In this document: positions 52,489 through 59,402 of the stretch, one piece after another
Layout of the letters: each line of letters begins with the position of its first letter
Position numbering within the stretch: the stretch's first letter is position 1
Source: Dehalococcoidia bacterium
GTDB taxonomy: Bacteria; Chloroflexota; Dehalococcoidia; Lucifugimonadales; CATOSD01
Length of the DNA stretch: 64,000 nt
NCBI GenBank assembly: GCA_034421955.1
Contig: DAOUJZ010000044.1
Location: 2,310-66,309, forward strand
Direction: 5' to 3'
The notes under the pieces: generated by a model
Seen by the model: the letters and a program-made list of their open reading frames with translations, nothing else
Database searches by the model: none
Told to the model about the DNA's origin: nothing
Made by a program: the position numbers and the translations under genes

Positions 52489-53246
52489 CCGTGGTCGGCT
52501 GCGGCGGGACCGGCGGCTTCGTCGCCGAGGGCCTCTGCCGCCTCTTCCAGGGACGGGAGGCCACCATCGTCCTGGTCGACCACGACCGGGTGGAGCCCCA
52601 CAACCTGCTGCGCCAGAACTTCTACGCCGGGGACGTGGGAAGGTTCAAGAGCGAGGCCCTGGCCGACCGGCTGACCAAAGCCTACCGGCGTGCCATCGGA
52701 TACTCGGTCTACCCCTTTCGGGAGTTCGACGACGACTCCCGACCGAACAGGCACGGCTACCCCGGCCTCATCGACTACGGCGAGAGTCTCATCATCGGCT
52801 GCGCCGACAACGCCCTCGCACGGAAGGCAATGGCCGAGTGCCTGCCGGGCCACCCGGCCCGCTGGCTCATCGACGCGGGCAACGACACCAACTGGGGACA
52901 GGTCCTCGTGGGCAACGTCTCCGGCAGGGTGGACTGGGAGGAGCCGCCCTTCGAGGGCGAGACCTGCTACCTGGCCCCCGCGCCCACGCTCCAGCGGCCC
53001 GACCTCCTGACGGCCGTGTCAACCAGGCCGCCCGACGTGGACTGTGCGGCGGCCCTCGACCTCACCGACCAGGACCCGACCATCAACCAGATGATGGCGT
53101 CGCTGGTGCTACAGGTTGTTCGCCGGATGGTGGCGGGCACCTGCCCCTTCATGGCCCTGTACCTGGACATGGACCTGGGAACGGTCACGCCCACCTACGT
53201 CACCCCGGAGGCGGTGGAGCGGACGGTGGGGACCCACGTCGAGTGA
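52440..53246 (+). CDS. PRTRC system ThiF-family (E1-like) protein
   Basis: 268 aa with an AAGGAGG RBS. ITVVGCGGTGGFVAEGLCRL...LVDHDRVEPHNLLRQNFYAGDVGRFKSEALADRL shows the ThiF/MoeB/E1 nucleotide-binding motif. Confidence 0.8.
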   Translation: MPYHLDNAFLLDNPWITVVGCGGTGGFVAEGLCRLFQGREATIVLVDHDRVEPHNLLRQNFYAGDVGRFKSEALADRLTKAYRRAIGYSVYPFREFDDDSRPNRHGYPGLIDYGESLIIGCADNALARKAMAECLPGHPARWLIDAGNDTNWGQVLVGNVSGRVDWEEPPFEGETCYLAPAPTLQRPDLLTAVSTRPPDVDCAAALDLTDQDPTINQMMASLVLQVVRRMVAGTCPFMALYLDMDLGTVTPTYVTPEAVERTVGTHVE

Positions 53247-53291
53247 TCGGCGCACGTGAACGCAATCATAGAACAAGGAGAGGAGAAAACG

Positions 53292-53681
53292 ATGTCTGAC
53301 AAGAACGGAACCACCACGATCATCTGGCAGGACAACCACAGCGGGCTCCGCAGGCACAAGCTGATGACGAAGGAGTTGGGGGACACCATCCCCGCGCTCT
53401 ACGCCAACGAGAACGTCAAAGATTACGACTCCGTCCTCGCTCACGTGAAGCTGTTCAGCCCCTACAGCAACTGGACCTGGTACGTCACCGAGTGGGAGGC
53501 GGAGACCGGCCTCTGCTTCGGCCTCGTCGAGGGGTTCGAGACGGAGCTGGGCTACTTCAGCCTCGACGAGCTGGCGGAGGTCACCGTGTTCGGCGGCGTC
53601 CCCGCCGTGGAGCGCGACCTCTACTGGAAGCCGCAGACCCTGGGCGAGATAAAGAGACAGGCGTCGGGGATCGCCGCCTAG
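53292..53681 (+). CDS. DUF2958-domain protein, copy 2
   Basis: I set the start at ATG 53292 (GGAGAGGAG RBS). It is about 80% similar by eye to 42646..43014 (VKLFSPYSNWTWYVTEWEAETGLCFGLVEGFETELGYFSLDELAEV...VERDLYWKPQTL). Confidence 0.75.
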   Translation: MSDKNGTTTIIWQDNHSGLRRHKLMTKELGDTIPALYANENVKDYDSVLAHVKLFSPYSNWTWYVTEWEAETGLCFGLVEGFETELGYFSLDELAEVTVFGGVPAVERDLYWKPQTLGEIKRQASGIAA

Positions 53682-53733
53682 CCAACTGCGCCCACGAGCG
53701 CAGCCACGGAATCGAACAATGAAAGGAGAGACC

Positions 53734-54237
53734 ATGCCTGACGAAGTTGGAACGGAAGCGACCCGCTCGGATGGCCCGAGCGCCGACGACAGCCTCTTCG
53801 GCGATGCGCCGGACGAGACGACTGCCGCAGACCCGGTGACGGAGGAAGCCACACAGGATACCCCGCAGGACGGGCAGGACGCCGGCGACGAGACGGCACA
53901 GGACGGCAGGGACTCCGGCGACTCAGGGGAGGAGACACCCCAATCGGAGGACCTGAAGGTCGTCGTCTCCATCAAGGGCAGTAGGGCCACTATCGGGGTG
54001 CAGCGGCCCTCGGTGGACCCGCACATCGAGACCTTCGAGGGCCATGACCTGTCCGGTCTGGCCGAAGAGGTCCCGGCGGTGACCGAGAGGGCGAAGGCCA
54101 GGTGGGAGGAGACACCCAAGCACCCGGCCTACGAGAGACCCGCTCCCCCGGCGCGGCGTCGGAACCGTCGCCAGCAGGAGGCAACCGCCGAGGCTGAGAC
54201 CGAACAGCAGCAGCAACAGACGCTGAGGCTGTTCTAG
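53734..54237 (+). CDS. Acidic hypothetical protein
   Basis: 167 aa from MPDEV (AAAGGAGAG RBS). It has a D/E/T/Q-rich disordered N-half, then VVVSIKGSRATIGVQRPSVDPHIETFEG..., then a basic/Q-rich tail. Confidence 0.5.
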   Translation: MPDEVGTEATRSDGPSADDSLFGDAPDETTAADPVTEEATQDTPQDGQDAGDETAQDGRDSGDSGEETPQSEDLKVVVSIKGSRATIGVQRPSVDPHIETFEGHDLSGLAEEVPAVTERAKARWEETPKHPAYERPAPPARRRNRRQQEATAEAETEQQQQQTLRLF

Positions 54238-54272
54238 GAGCCGGTCGGGGTCACCATCGACCGCAGGAGTAC

Positions 54273-54310
54273 GGGGGAGGCTTGTCGCCGCAAGTGCGAC
54301 GGCCTCCCCC
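54273..54310 (+). terminator. Strong nested hairpin after the last ICE operon gene
   Basis: GGGGGAGGC-tt-GTCGC-cgcaagt-GCGAC-g-GCCTCCCCC, 36 nt past the stop at 54237. Confidence 0.55.
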
Positions 54311-54400
54311 GCCCGGACCCATATATGGGGCCTTTTCGCATTACAGGCATGCGTGGGACCTCTTTGCATTTCGGGAGCACTCAAGAAAGGAAGGAAGACG

Positions 54401-54600
54401 ATGAAACTCCATCACTCCGAAATTCTGAAGGCGACCCCGGAGACCGAAGGGAGATTCCAATTGATCAGATACGAAGCGTTCGAGCCGCACCTGTTCGACG
54501 AGAATGCCGCGGAGGAGCAGGCCCATTGCGGCAGGGACACCACCCGCACCGAACGAATCGGCGAGAGGGAATACCTGAATGACCGGCTGAACGGTAACCG
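54401..54600 (+). pseudogene. 5' part of an unknown gene, apparently truncated near 54600
   Basis: GAAAGGAAGGAAG RBS plus ATG 54401. MKLHHSEILKATPETEGRFQLIRYEAFEPHLFDENAAEEQAHCGRDTTRTERIGEREYLNDRLNG looks protein-like. Beyond about 54600 the frame runs on antisense to the next gene, with odd composition. Confidence 0.3.
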
Positions 54601-54963
54601 GCCCCGCGCCGCCAGTATGGCGTCGGCGAAGCTGGCGATGATCGTGTCCTTGTTGTGCTCGAACCATTGTACCGTGGTGAACTGGTGTATGTCCCAGCTC
54701 AACCCGGCGCCATAGTACGGGTCGAAGGGTGACGTGGCTTTGGGTTTAGGCATGCCCGGTGTAGCCGTAGGCCCCGGTGTGCCAAAGCTCATGAAGCGTC
54801 GGTCGAGCGGTATCGGGTAGGTCGGAGTGGGCGGGTGGTACGGGCGGACGGTCGGTGTCGGGGCAGCAGTAGGTGTTGCTGGAGCAACGTGCTTGTCAGT
54901 GCCTCCACAGGCCACCAGAACAAGTAGAACGAACAAGGCCCTGCTCAGCCACGCTACGATCAT
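54600..54963 (-). pseudogene. Lipoprotein gene, apparently truncated near 54600
   Basis: MIVAWLSRALFVLLVLVACGG (lipobox), a PT-rich linker, then DPYYGAGLSWDIHQFTTVQWFEHNKDTIIASFADAILAARG. After that the ORF continues to 54412 as S/R-rich junk antisense to the previous feature. Confidence 0.35.
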
Positions 54964-54975
54964 CCCCGCTCCCCG

Positions 54976-55212
54976 TCACCTGGTCGTCCTCAGCGTCACG
55001 TACTTCGCCAGTGTGCGCCCGTAGTTCACTTCCTGCTCATAGGAGTCGCCAATGCCGGACTCGCGAACGATGGCGGCGGCCGTCAGGACGCTGACGACAT
55101 CTGGGTACATGATGCCGAAGAGAATGACGTGGGCTCCCTGTTCTCTATGCGGCGCGCCCTCGTACATCGCCCTCAGTCTCGCGCCAGCCTGCGCCAGTGT
55201 CATTCGCGGCAT
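54976..55212 (-). CDS. Small hypothetical protein (variable partner of repeat module 1)
   Basis: 78 aa. MPRMTLAQAGARLRAMYEGAPHREQGAHVILFGIMYPDVVSVLTAAAIVRESGIGDSYEQEVNYGRTLAKYVTL. The ATG is 6 nt after the stop of 55219..55482. Confidence 0.5.
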   Translation of the reverse strand: MPRMTLAQAGARLRAMYEGAPHREQGAHVILFGIMYPDVVSVLTAAAIVRESGIGDSYEQEVNYGRTLAKYVTLRTTR

Positions 55213-55218
55213 GGTGCG

Positions 55219-55482
55219 TCACCCTCTCTCTCTGCCGGGAAGATGTGGGCCACTAGTGTACACATCATCGAAGACTGAAATTGTGTCCACGAAGCCATTC
55301 TTCCTGTGCGCTTCAACCTCGTCACTCAACAGGTTGGCCCGTCCCAACAGCCCCTCTATATCGGCGTGTAGCTCCAAACCTTGGTGCCGCGCTATGACTG
55401 CCAGAAGCTCTGCAATGGCGTCGAACGCGCCGACTGCGTACTGAGTATCTGCCGCAACCTGCTTATCCCTATCTCCCAACAT
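55219..55482 (-). CDS. Conserved small acidic protein, module copy 1
   Basis: 87 aa from ATG 55482 (AAAGGAG RBS). MLGDRDKQVAADTQYAVGAFDAIAELLAVIARHQGLELHADIEGLLGRANLLSDEVEAHRKNGFVDTISVFDDVY... is a paralog of 59066..59341. Confidence 0.55.
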   Translation of the reverse strand: MLGDRDKQVAADTQYAVGAFDAIAELLAVIARHQGLELHADIEGLLGRANLLSDEVEAHRKNGFVDTISVFDDVYTSGPHLPGRERG

Positions 55483-55543
55483 CACTTCTCGACTCCTTTC
55501 TTTTTCTATTGGCCAGCCTGTGTCTTCAGCCAGGCGACGAACC

Positions 55544-55610
55544 GTTCCGTTTACTTTGGGGGTTTTCTCACCCAACGCTGTTCCTGCTAGACCCCGCAAT
55601 TTGATGGAAC
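55544..55610 (-). repeat. Leader inverted-repeat element, copy A
   Basis: GTTCCGTTTACTTTGGGGG-ttttctcacccaacgctgttcctgctaga-CCCCGCAATTTGATGGAAC (plus-strand text). It lies about 60 nt upstream (in gene orientation) of the small acidic gene. Confidence 0.65.
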
Positions 55611-55642
55611 CGCTCCCTTCCGCGCCTATGGTATTTTTCGAG

Positions 55643-57484
55643 TCACCGCAACGGCGGGTGCGACTGCCCGTCCGAGTTACTACCCCAGCAGATGATCACC
55701 CCATCCTCTCGCAGACCACACGTGTGATCCCGACCACTGGATATGTCGGTGAAACGCACATCTTCTGGTGGAGAGGATTGCCCGTATTCGTCAGATCCCC
55801 AGCACACAGCAGCCGAATCTGGACGCAGGCCACATGTGTGTCGCCATCCACTGGATATCTGCGTAAGACGCAAATCGTCCGGCGGCGAGGCTCGCCCATC
55901 CCAGTTGCTTCCCCAACAGACGACAGCCCCAGTGTCTAGTAAACCGCAGGCGTACCTGTCCCCGGTGCTGATTGATGTGAACCCTCCGACTTGCGGCGTT
56001 GAGGACACCACCTGGCCATACTCCTCCCAACACACGACGTAGCCGTCGTCCCGCAAACCACAGCCGAACAGACGAGGGGGGTACTGTGAAGTTTGGATGC
56101 TTATGGACACGAAACGTTCATGGGCTGGGGGTTCGTAACTCGGCTCTGAACAATGCGTGACACCATCTGCTCGCAATCCACAGGTGATCCACTCAGCGCT
56201 GCTGGTGATGGATGTGTACTGCTCGCCTTTAGGCAGTAACGAATGCGATCCCCATGGCGACCAACAGGCCGCAGTCCAGTCGTCTCGCAAACCACAGACA
56301 TAGGTGCCCCCACCGTTTATGGTGGAGAATCTATCGTCGCCTGCAGGTGGTCTCATCAGACCCCTGCACACGACTGTCCCGTCTTTACGCAGGCCACATG
56401 TGTACCCACGCTGATCACTGTCGCCGACCGTTAAGTCCACGAACGGAGGAAGTGGCGTGGGCGTGGGGGTCGGTGTAAAGGTCGGCGTCTGAGTCGGCGT
56501 CGGCTCGGGAGTTGGGGTTGGCACTGGCGTCGGCGTCGGCTCCGGAGTTGGGGTAAACGTAGGTGTAGGCGTAGGTTCGGGCGTCCACGTTGGGGCAGGC
56601 GTCCATGTCGGGGCAGGTGTTGGCGTTGGGACTGCCACCCACGTGGGCGCGGGCGTCCAGGTGGGAACTGCGGTCCACGTTGGAACCGGCGTCCACGTTG
56701 GGGCCGACGTAGGACCTGCGGGAGTAGGGGCAGCCGCCTGTCCGCCCAGCAGCCCGGCGAACTCGGCCGCGGAGACGGCGAGGCCGACGCCGGCCACGGG
56801 CCGACCGCTCTGCGTCTCCGACACCCTCAAAGTGTTGACGCCGACAGCTTCCCCGGCCATGTTGACCAGCGGGCCGCCGCTGTTGCCGGGGTTGAGCGCC
56901 GCGTCGGTCTGGAGCAGGTCGACGCCATCGACGCTCCTCACCGCCGATATGATGCCCCGCGTTACCGTCAGGGATATGCCAAGGCCCTCGGCGACCGCAG
57001 GGTAGCCAAGCGCCAGCACCTCGTCGCCCAGGCGCATCTGTCCCGCATCCCCCACGGCCAACGCGGTGAACGGCCCGCCGCCCCGTATCCTCACCGTGGC
57101 AAGGTCGGTCATGTCTTGCGTTGCTACGACCTCGCCGGAGTAGCGACGGCCGTCAGAGAGGATCACCTCCACGCTGTCGAAACCGTCAACGACGTGGCTG
57201 TTCGTAACCAACAGACCGTTGGGGTTGACGATGAATCCAGAGCCGCCGCCCGGACCGGCGACCACCTGCACGACCGCCGGATGAATCCTCTCGACCAGCT
57301 CGGCAAGCGCGCTCCGCGTCTCCCCCGTCAGTGCCTCACCCCCAACAAAGTTGATATGGATTGCGGACGCGTCCGCCTGAGTCACCCCCGGCGTGACCGT
57401 CGATACCGCCGCAGGCGTATCAGAGCCTTGACTTGAGCAGGCGGCCAGGGCCACCAGGAGCAGGCCGAACAGGGCGAAGCGCAT
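55643..57484 (-). CDS. Lipoprotein: trypsin-like (HtrA/S1C-type) serine protease domain + PT-rich linker + RCC1-like repeats
   Basis: 613 aa. The lipobox is LVALAAC. Protease motifs are GSGFIV...LVTNSHVV, ...DLATVRI... and DAALNPGNSGGPLV. Then comes a (PTWTP)n / PTPTP linker, followed by six or seven repeats of the type HTCGLR.DG..(V)CWG. Confidence 0.8.
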   Translation of the reverse strand: MRFALFGLLLVALAACSSQGSDTPAAVSTVTPGVTQADASAIHINFVGGEALTGETRSALAELVERIHPAVVQVVAGPGGGSGFIVNPNGLLVTNSHVVDGFDSVEVILSDGRRYSGEVVATQDMTDLATVRIRGGGPFTALAVGDAGQMRLGDEVLALGYPAVAEGLGISLTVTRGIISAVRSVDGVDLLQTDAALNPGNSGGPLVNMAGEAVGVNTLRVSETQSGRPVAGVGLAVSAAEFAGLLGGQAAAPTPAGPTSAPTWTPVPTWTAVPTWTPAPTWVAVPTPTPAPTWTPAPTWTPEPTPTPTFTPTPEPTPTPVPTPTPEPTPTQTPTFTPTPTPTPLPPFVDLTVGDSDQRGYTCGLRKDGTVVCRGLMRPPAGDDRFSTINGGGTYVCGLRDDWTAACWSPWGSHSLLPKGEQYTSITSSAEWITCGLRADGVTHCSEPSYEPPAHERFVSISIQTSQYPPRLFGCGLRDDGYVVCWEEYGQVVSSTPQVGGFTSISTGDRYACGLLDTGAVVCWGSNWDGRASPPDDLRLTQISSGWRHTCGLRPDSAAVCWGSDEYGQSSPPEDVRFTDISSGRDHTCGLREDGVIICWGSNSDGQSHPPLR

Positions 57485-57486
57485 TA

Positions 57487-57594
57487 CGGTCTCCCTCCCA
57501 CGATCACCAGATGCACCTCGCCCGGGCCGTGGACGCCGGTGACGAGTTGGTGCTCGATGTCAGCGGAGCGGCTGAGGCCGGTGATGATGTTCAT
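57487..57594 (-). pseudogene. 3'-terminal fragment of a LUD-domain (LutB/LutC-like) gene
   Basis: Below the ORF-track cut-off. (M)NIITGLSRSADIEHQLVTGVHGPGEVHLVIVGGRP* resembles the extreme C-terminus of LUD-domain proteins (GPSrtADIE...GvHGP...). The TAA overlaps the protease ATG (TAATG). Upstream coding sequence is replaced by repeat copy C. Confidence 0.45.
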
Positions 57595-57598
57595 GTAG

Positions 57599-57664
57599 GT
57601 TCCGTCGACTTACGGCGGTTAGTAGGAACAGCGTTGGGTGAGAAACCCCCAAAGTAAACGGAAC
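57599..57664 (+). repeat. Leader inverted-repeat element, copy C (opposite orientation, no gene attached)
   Basis: GTTCCGTCGACTTACGGCGG-ttagtaggaacagcgttgggtgagaaa-CCCCCAAAGTAAACGGAAC is the reverse complement of the A/B consensus. It sits exactly between two truncated genes. Confidence 0.65.
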
Positions 57665-57968
57665 CGCCGCGCTGCACGATGTGGCGCTCGATCACTTCGG
57701 CGTACCGCTCTTTCGTCCCCTGTCTGCGGCGCGGCGTCACCACCTCCGCCATCCACCGATCGAGCCACTCCCTCGGCGTCACCCAACCCATCGGCAGGCC
57801 CATGCCCTGGTCCAGCGTCGACAGCAGCTCGCGCGGCCTGCGCTGGGCGTAGCGCTTCGACCCCCGCACCGTCACATACTTGCGGCGCCGCTTCCCCGAC
57901 AAGTCCCGCCCCACGTCCAGCGTCAGCTCCCACGTGCCGGAGCTACGCTGTCTAATAGAACCGTTCAT
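57665..57968 (-). pseudogene. Tyrosine recombinase (phage-type integrase) N-terminal fragment
   Basis: MNGSIRQRSSGTWELTLDVGRDLSGKRRRKYVTVRGSKRYAQR...TPREWLDRWMAEVVTPRRRQGTKERYAEVIERHI covers the arm-binding and SAM-like N-domain pattern. The catalytic domain is missing. The ORF tail (GGSVYFGGFSPNAV...) is a translation of repeat C. Confidence 0.65.
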
Positions 57969-57969
57969 C

Positions 57970-58006
57970 GTTCCAAGTGTTTCTGAACCCCGTAAGTAAA
58001 CGGAAC
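57970..58006 (-). repeat. Partial copy D of the leader element
   Basis: GTTCCaagtgtttCTGAACCCCGTAAGTAAACGGAAC matches the arm-2 half of copy B (CTGAACCCCGTAAGTGAACGGAAC). It abuts the start of the integrase fragment. Confidence 0.5.
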
Positions 58007-58007
58007 G

Positions 58008-58250
58008 CTATTTTTCATTACTTTCTTTCTTCAGTGCTATCAGTTCTCGAAGTGCGTTCCGTATGGCTCCTAGCCTCGCCAGGATCCAACCGCCCAATAT
58101 CCACAGTGAAATGAAAATGAACCAGAGCACGGCAGCAGCCGAAGTGTCGTCCCGTATCACCGCAACTTTAACGTAAGTCTCGCCCACCGTACTTCCACAG
58201 CCGATAGTCAGGACGATCAGCAAAGGCGACAGGATTAACAGCTTCTTCAA
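58008..58250 (-). CDS. Small membrane/lipoprotein-like protein
   Basis: 80 aa. It has MKKLLILSPLLIVLTIGCGS followed by a TM helix. The segment is AT-richer. Confidence 0.45.
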   Translation of the reverse strand: MKKLLILSPLLIVLTIGCGSTVGETYVKVAVIRDDTSAAAVLWFIFISLWILGGWILARLGAIRNALRELIALKKESNEK

Positions 58251-58525
58251 TATGTGCCTTCCAATCCCAGCAGTCTTGTGAGACGTTGGAGTTCTCGTCT
58301 TCCTTTATCGGTGAGACCGTCTATCGCTGGATGCCATGGGATTTCGTGAGGATTGATTTCGTGATTTTGCCCGGTGTTGTAGACATGCGGTTGGTAGTGG
58401 CCTTGAATGGTCGCTACCAATTCGTTACCCATGCAATAACTTATCTCGTCCTTCGTAACATCAACGAGCCAGAGCCTACTGCTATAAGCCTCCCGCAGTA
58501 TTTCCCACAATCGAGATTCTTTCAT
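58247..58525 (-). CDS. Hypothetical protein
   Basis: 92 aa with overlapping start/stop codons with both neighbours. No motif recognised. Confidence 0.4.
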   Translation of the reverse strand: MKESRLWEILREAYSSRLWLVDVTKDEISYCMGNELVATIQGHYQPHVYNTGQNHEINPHEIPWHPAIDGLTDKGRRELQRLTRLLGLEGTY

Positions 58526-58734
58526 TGGCCAACCCCTTCCCTCGCTGTCCTCGCGTCCGACACAGATCGCATCTTGGTCGGGTACTGCTCGAAATCGCGC
58601 TTCATTTCCTCACGAATGAGAATCCGCACGAACGATGAGGCAGACACCCCGCGAGATTCGGACTCCAACATGACATACGCCCTTTCGTCGGGCGTGAGCA
58701 AGACACGGACTTCTTTCGTTCTCCTCTGCGGCAT
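58522..58734 (-). CDS. Ribbon-helix-helix protein (CopG/MobC-like)
   Basis: 70 aa. KEVRVLLTPDERAYVMLESESRGVSASSFVRILIREEM shows the RHH pattern. Confidence 0.5.
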   Translation of the reverse strand: MPQRRTKEVRVLLTPDERAYVMLESESRGVSASSFVRILIREEMKRDFEQYPTKMRSVSDARTAREGVGQ

Positions 58735-58749
58735 AATGGCCTCCCTTTC

Positions 58750-59073
58750 CTACCGCCAGTACTCGTACACCCTCTCGCACTCCTCATACCAAAACCCCAC
58801 TTCGCCCTGGTCGGTGAGACGGCCATACTCCCGGGCCAAGTCGAAGAACCCAGTACCAGGGATCTTGGTGTCGTCAAGAACCACCAGGGCAGTCAGCATC
58901 GGCCTGCCATGACGATGCTCGTAGCGCGATATGGGCTCCAGAATGACTCGCCCCACCGAGCGTGCGATAACGCCAGTCAACTCTCCGACCACGCCGTAGG
59001 TTGTAGTAGTCGACGCCCTCGCCACTTCCGAAATCAAAAAAGACCGCGCTACGTCCACACGACGCTCAAGCAC
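58750..59073 (-). CDS. wHTH-like protein (MGMT/ATL DNA-binding-domain-like), variable partner of repeat module 2
   Basis: I set the start at GTG 59073, overlapping the stop of 59066..59341 (GGTGCTTGA). TTYGVVGELTGVIARSVGRVILEPIS...GRPMLTALVVLDDTKIPGTGFF resembles the TYGeiA...aRaVG...P..vV pattern. Confidence 0.4.
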   Translation of the reverse strand: MLERRVDVARSFLISEVARASTTTTYGVVGELTGVIARSVGRVILEPISRYEHRHGRPMLTALVVLDDTKIPGTGFFDLAREYGRLTDQGEVGFWYEECERVYEYWR

Positions 59074-59341
59074 CCTCCCACCCCCTCTCTCTGCCGCGAG
59101 GATCTGGGCCACGAGTGTACACACTATCGAATATTGCAATTGTGTCCACAAAGCCAGTCTTCCTGTGCGCCTGAAACTCGTCACTCAACAGGTTGGCCCG
59201 TGCCAACAGCCCCGCTATATCGTCGTCTAGCTCCAAGCCTTGCTTCTGCGCCATCACTGCCAGAAGCTCCGCAATGGCGTCAAATGCGCCGAGCGCATAC
59301 TGAGTATCCGCCGCAACCTGCGCATCCCTATCTCCCAACAT
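59066..59341 (-). CDS. Conserved small acidic protein, module copy 2
   Basis: 91 aa from ATG 59341. MLGDRDAQVAADTQYALGAFDAIAELLAVMAQKQGLELDDDIAGLLARANLLSDEFQAHRKTGFVDTIAIFDSVY... It has the same RBS and leader as copy 1. Confidence 0.55.
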   Translation of the reverse strand: MLGDRDAQVAADTQYALGAFDAIAELLAVMAQKQGLELDDDIAGLLARANLLSDEFQAHRKTGFVDTIAIFDSVYTRGPDPRGRERGWEGA

Positions 59342-59402
59342 CACTTCTCGACTCCTTTCTTTTTCTATTGGCCAGCCCGTGTCTTCAGCCAGGCTACGAA
59401 CA

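Larger units (their letters stand above)
18883..54600. mobile_element. Integrative conjugative element (about 35.7 kb) next to tRNA-Glu; right end approximate
   Basis: The serine recombinase sits at the left edge and overlaps the tRNA 3' end. The element has an XRE/ImmA-like switch and a T4SS set (coupling ATPase, VirB4, VirB6-, VirB3/PrgI- and VirB2-like) plus a replication-relaxation protein. It also carries primase, SSAP, nuclease, SSB, RadC, methylase+SNF2 and PRTRC. The last strong hairpin is at 54273-54310, and two truncated convergent ORFs meet near 54600. Confidence 0.65.
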
